The notes below the pieces were generated by a model. That model had not been told where the DNA came from, made no database searches, and saw only the letters and a program-made list of their open reading frames with translations. Shown here piece by piece: positions 26,856 through 30,157 of a DNA stretch of 30,157 nucleotides (the stretch's first letter is position 1; every line of letters begins with the position of its first letter). The position numbers and the translations under genes were made by a program. Source of the DNA: Acidobacteriota bacterium (GTDB taxonomy: Bacteria; Acidobacteriota; Blastocatellia; Pyrinomonadales; Pyrinomonadaceae); assembly GCA_003222855.1 (NCBI GenBank), contig QHXH01000044.1:1764-31920 (forward strand), read 5' to 3'.

Positions 26856-27326
26856 ATGACATCAGTCGCCCTCATCTGTACCGCGAACCGCTGCCGGAGC
26901 GTGATGGCGCACGCGATCTTCGTGGATGAGGTTAAGAAACGAGCCTTACCGATTGAGGTCTATTCGGCCGGAGTTCTTGATTTCTCAGACCAGCCGCAAT
27001 TGGAAGAGACTGCGATGACCTGCCTGCGAAACAACACCTCACCTCCACCGGAATCACCAACCTGGGTTCGCCAACTTCCTCTCGATGCAATCGGCCGGTT
27101 TTTCGTGATGGAGCAATTTCACGCCGACGCGCTGACGAGGGATTACGGCATCTCACCCGATCGCATCAGTTTCCTGGGGTCTTTCGATCCGCAACGGCGC
27201 GGGACAGAGATTGCCGATCCGTTTGGTCTTGGTGATGCTGTTTATGAATGTCAGTATCAGCTGATTCGCGAGTGCGTCGTTGGTTATCTGGATACGACGA
27301 ATGAGCTTGGGACACCCACTCAGTAA
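26856..27326 (+). CDS. Low-molecular-weight protein-tyrosine phosphatase / ArsC-like family protein
   Basis: P-loop CTANRCRS (CX5R), SAG, IADP. Confidence 0.85.
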   Translation: MTSVALICTANRCRSVMAHAIFVDEVKKRALPIEVYSAGVLDFSDQPQLEETAMTCLRNNTSPPPESPTWVRQLPLDAIGRFFVMEQFHADALTRDYGISPDRISFLGSFDPQRRGTEIADPFGLGDAVYECQYQLIRECVVGYLDTTNELGTPTQ

Positions 27327-27392
27327 TCGTTGTTGGGCGCGTGTGGATACTTGGAGAAATAAATGGGCCGTGCCTTCCGCTTGTAAGAAGAA

Positions 27393-27590
27393 GTGCGAGA
27401 GCTGACGGATGATCAGCAACGGCAGGTAATGGCGTTTGTTGAAAGCCTCAAGCCGACCCAGGCAAATAAGAGAACGAAGAGCTATTCATTTATCGCTATC
27501 GCTCGCAGCGGGAATGGCTCGCTCTCAACTGAAGCCGAGTCAATCCTCGACGAAGCTGCCGACCGGCGTGAGGGGTGGAGTCTGCGTTAA
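27393..27590 (+). CDS. Putative antitoxin (VapB-like by position)
   Basis: 65-aa ORF with a TAATG overlap into a PIN-domain-like start; GTG start uncertain. Confidence 0.6.
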   Translation: MRELTDDQQRQVMAFVESLKPTQANKRTKSYSFIAIARSGNGSLSTEAESILDEAADRREGWSLR

Positions 27591-27724
27591 TGGCGGCATT
27601 GCTCGACACGGGCTTTCTGCTGGCAGTGATCGACGCGGACGATAATCTTCATGCGGCGTGCGTCGCAGCGCGGCTAAACAGTGCGGCCCTCCCTAACGGT
27701 CGGGCTTCTGACACCATTCGGTAA
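27590..27724 (+). pseudogene. Truncated VapC/PIN-domain toxin (N-terminal ~27 codons only)
   Basis: MAALLDTGFLLAVIDADDNLHAACVAA is a typical PIN N-terminus (first acidic residue in LLDT). It then runs into a repeat arm (ALPNGRASDT) and stops at 27722-27724. Not in the ORF track. Confidence 0.75.
27686..27714. repeat. Lone family A arm containing the stop codon of the convergent hydrolase gene
   Basis: GCCCTCCCTAACGGTCGGGCTTCTGACAC; minus-strand TAG at 27695-27693. Confidence 0.9.
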
Positions 27725-28334
27725 TCACTCGCTTCAATTCCTCCAATTGATTGTCAAAGAAATGTCCCGCTCCTTTTATGACGCGCAATTCAGCGGCTGC
27801 ATTCAAGCCAACCCGGGCAACTAATTCACGCAGGCGTTCGACATTGCCATACTCATCATGCTCGCCCTGCACAAACAGAATGGGCTTGCGACAACCCTCG
27901 AGAAAGCTGAAATCATATTTATCGACGGGCGTGCCGATACTAATTATTCGCAGGACGCGATCATCCATCAGCCCTACTTCCAAGCCGACCCGCGCCCCAA
28001 ATGAAAATCCGCACAAAGTGATCTTCTGCGACGGATAATTCTCAGCCAGATAATCCAAACCGGCGCGCACGTCTTCGCGCTCACCGCGGCCCTCATCGTG
28101 CTCACCCGTGCTTTGCCCCACGCCACGGAAATTAATTCGCAAGGCGATCAGTCCAGCATCATTCAAAGCCGAGGCCGCGCGAAACACAACTTTGTTATGC
28201 ATCGTGCCGCCAAAGAGCGGATGCGGGTGCAGCACGAGCGCGACGCCCGTAAACGGCTGTGCGCGCGGCTCTTTCAAGATTGCTTCGAGCCGGCCATGCT
28301 GAATCGGAATGAAGAGATTACCCGCCGGATACAT
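27693..28334 (-). CDS. Alpha/beta-fold hydrolase (COG2945-like)
   Basis: GRLEA, HPHPLFGGTMHNKVV, RINFRGVGQS.G..D.G.GE..D, GFSFG, QGEHD, GAGHFF. Confidence 0.93.
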   Translation of the reverse strand: MYPAGNLFIPIQHGRLEAILKEPRAQPFTGVALVLHPHPLFGGTMHNKVVFRAASALNDAGLIALRINFRGVGQSTGEHDEGRGEREDVRAGLDYLAENYPSQKITLCGFSFGARVGLEVGLMDDRVLRIISIGTPVDKYDFSFLEGCRKPILFVQGEHDEYGNVERLRELVARVGLNAAAELRVIKGAGHFFDNQLEELKRVITEWCQKPDR

Positions 28335-28437
28335 TCAATCTTCGATTGTTGAGCTTCAAATTGCGGATTGTCAAAGAGCTGTTCGAAACTGGTATTGGGT
28401 CATTCTTAAGGTCTTTTTGTTTTCGGTGCCAGCGCAG

Positions 28438-28510
28438 GATCCACGAAATCACACGAAGCCTCGGGAAACATGGGCGCTTTTTCGCGCGGTTTAGTGTGAC
28501 TTCGTGGATC
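28438..28510. repeat. Inverted repeat, family F
   Basis: GATCCACGAAATCACACGAA / TTAGTGTGACTTCGTGGATC. Confidence 0.8.
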
Positions 28511-28632
28511 GTGTTTTTCGTTTGAAACTGATTCACTACTTCGAAGTTCCCTCCGTGGACGGAATTCTGATAAGTATCTCAAGGTGAGGATTCGCATTGC
28601 TGCTCAAATCGGTCCAAAATCAAAGCCGTCAA

Positions 28633-28662
28633 TTGACTCACGATTGAGAAAAGGATTAGCTT
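28633..28662 (+). promoter_or_regulatory. Sigma70-like promoter TTGACT-N18-TAGCTT for the PAS sensor gene
   Basis: Sits just upstream of ATG 28676; motif match only. Confidence 0.4.
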
Positions 28663-28675
28663 TTCGACTACCCGC

Positions 28676-30157
28676 ATGGACAATTCCAGCTCGAACAAAC
28701 CAGCCGCGCCGCCGATAGATTTAAGCAAGATTTCGCGCGTCATCGCCGAGACAGCCTCTGATGCGATTATCACCATCGACGAACAAAGCATCATGTTGTT
28801 CACGAATGCGGCCACAGAAAAGATTTTTGGCTACTCACAAGCTGAATTGATCGGACAATCGCTCACAATGCTTATGCCTGAATATCTCAGGCATTTTCAT
28901 CGCTCTGGTCTGGAGCGGTATCTCGCCACCGGCCACCGCCACATGGATTGGCAGGCAGTTCAATTGACCGGGCTCCGCAAGGACGGTGTCGAAGTGCCGC
29001 TCGAAGTTTCATTCGGAGAGTTTACTGAAGACGGTCAGCGTTTCTTCGCAGGCATCGCGCGTGATATCACGGAGCGAAAGCAGGCCCAGGAATCTCTGAG
29101 ACAAAACGAAGAGCGGTTGCGCTCACTGATAGAAAACGCCACGGACATTATCACCGTGCTGAATCGTGACGGCACCAGGCGCTTTGTCAGTCCGTCAGTT
29201 CAGCATTCGCTCGGGTATGAGCCGCAGGAGTTGATTGGGAAAAATCCCTTTGACCTGGTGCATCCTGACGATGTTCCGCAGTTGCAGCAGCTGTTTGCGG
29301 CCGGGCTGACGCAGCCGGACTACATAATCAGCACGGAGTTTCGCATTAAGCATAAGGATGGATCATGGAAAACTCATGAAGCTACCGCGCACAACATGCT
29401 CGATGATCCAGCCATCAGCGGCATCGTCATAAACTCGCGCGACATTACGGCACGCAAACGGATGGAGCGCCGGCTGACGGTGCAGTACGAAGCGGCACGC
29501 ATTCTGGCGGCTGCCGCATCGCTGGAGCGTGCTGCGCCACAACTGTTGCAAGCAATATGCAAGAGTCTGGGCTGGGACTTGGGCCAACTGTGGATCGCCG
29601 ATCGCGAAACGAACAAATTGCGCTGGCTCGCAAGCTGGCAGATCGATTCGTTAGGCGCAAATGATTTTGCGGCGGCCAGTCGAGGGCATCTTTTCAGTGG
29701 CGGAGTTGGTCTTCCGGGCAGGATTTGGGCCGATGGCCTGTCGCACTGGATCCGCGACCTTGCTCAAGATCCCAATTTCCCCCGCAGCGCGGCTGCTTCG
29801 CAAGCCGACCTGCATTCAGCGTTCGGATTTCCAATTAAGTTCGGCGACGAGGTCTCTGGTGTGATGGAATTCTTTACCCGTGAACATCAATCGTCGGACC
29901 CGTCGCTGCTGGATGCCATGACCGCGATCGGAAACCAGATCGGCCAATTCGTTGAGCGCCAGCGCGTCGAAGCAGAACGATCGAAATTGTACGAACGCGA
30001 ACAGGGCGCCCGCCTCGAGCTTGAAGCAACGATGGAACGCATGCGGCAAGTTCAGATCGTCACTGAGATTGCCCTGGCCCACCTTTCACTTGACAAGTTG
30101 CTGGCGGAACTTCTCGATCGGCTGCGCGATGCCATGGATGTGGATACCGTCGTGATT
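28676..30157 (+). CDS. PAS-PAS-GAF-(GAF) signal transduction protein, 3'-partial (runs off the window)
   Basis: Open frame from ATG 28676 to the window end (494 codons, absent from the ORF track): ASDAIITID..N.A.EKIFGY...ELIGQSL..LMP (PAS), ENATDIIT...SPS....LGYEP.ELIG (PAS), GVGLPGRIW...FGFPI..G.EV.GVMEFF (GAF). Confidence 0.92.
   Translation, partial: MDNSSSNKPAAPPIDLSKISRVIAETASDAIITIDEQSIMLFTNAATEKIFGYSQAELIGQSLTMLMPEYLRHFHRSGLERYLATGHRHMDWQAVQLTGLRKDGVEVPLEVSFGEFTEDGQRFFAGIARDITERKQAQESLRQNEERLRSLIENATDIITVLNRDGTRRFVSPSVQHSLGYEPQELIGKNPFDLVHPDDVPQLQQLFAAGLTQPDYIISTEFRIKHKDGSWKTHEATAHNMLDDPAISGIVINSRDITARKRMERRLTVQYEAARILAAAASLERAAPQLLQAICKSLGWDLGQLWIADRETNKLRWLASWQIDSLGANDFAAASRGHLFSGGVGLPGRIWADGLSHWIRDLAQDPNFPRSAAASQADLHSAFGFPIKFGDEVSGVMEFFTREHQSSDPSLLDAMTAIGNQIGQFVERQRVEAERSKLYEREQGARLELEATMERMRQVQIVTEIALAHLSLDKLLAELLDRLRDAMDVDTVVI

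Noticed and set aside
26856-27326. Functional link between the phosphatase and lysine biosynthesis
   Set aside because: It is separated from asd by a perfect 28-bp inverted repeat, and I have no evidence beyond adjacency.
71-27714. CRISPR array interpretation of the recurring ~24-33 nt repeats
   Set aside because: Copies are dispersed, occur as inverted pairs rather than regularly spaced direct repeats, and there are no cas genes.

Overview
A GC-rich, mostly housekeeping chromosomal window, probably from Acidobacteriota/Blastocatellia (inferred from the N-terminal zinc-ribbon protein type and the intergenic repeat style; not verified). From left to right it holds: (1) a + strand run of genes resembling a dispersed anthraniloyl-CoA (abm-type) aromatic catabolic cluster (RidA, enoyl-CoA hydratase, acyl-CoA dehydrogenase, stand-alone FAD monooxygenase, APC permease, PLP aminotransferase), interrupted by a nucleotidyltransferase gene pair, a solo SecD-P1-domain protein and an AT-richer orphan; (2) serS, a sugar-phosphate nucleotidyltransferase, a fabG-like reductase, a helical-repeat protein and secA; (3) a lysine/DAP operon (lysC, dapE-like, dapB, dapA, dapD, dapC-like, asd); (4) a low-molecular-weight phosphatase, a truncated vapBC-like pair, an alpha/beta hydrolase and a partial PAS-PAS-GAF sensor. 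I saw no CRISPR array, tRNA, rRNA, transposase or integrase. The most notable non-coding signals are four. First, a ~160-210 nt rod-shaped candidate ncRNA at 14090-14335, bracketed by a sigma70-like promoter and a terminator. Second, a dense set of REP-like palindromes sharing a covarying 'CAGWA + stem / tandem G.A / 2 bp / GNNA loop' hairpin; these supply the stop codons of several genes and are read in frame inside an APC permease and the LysC tail, where one repeat is nested inside another. Third, six short internal deletions in conserved genes (five in frame, including secA and asd), most likely an assembly artefact. Fourth, a vapC-like toxin gene truncated next to a lone repeat arm.
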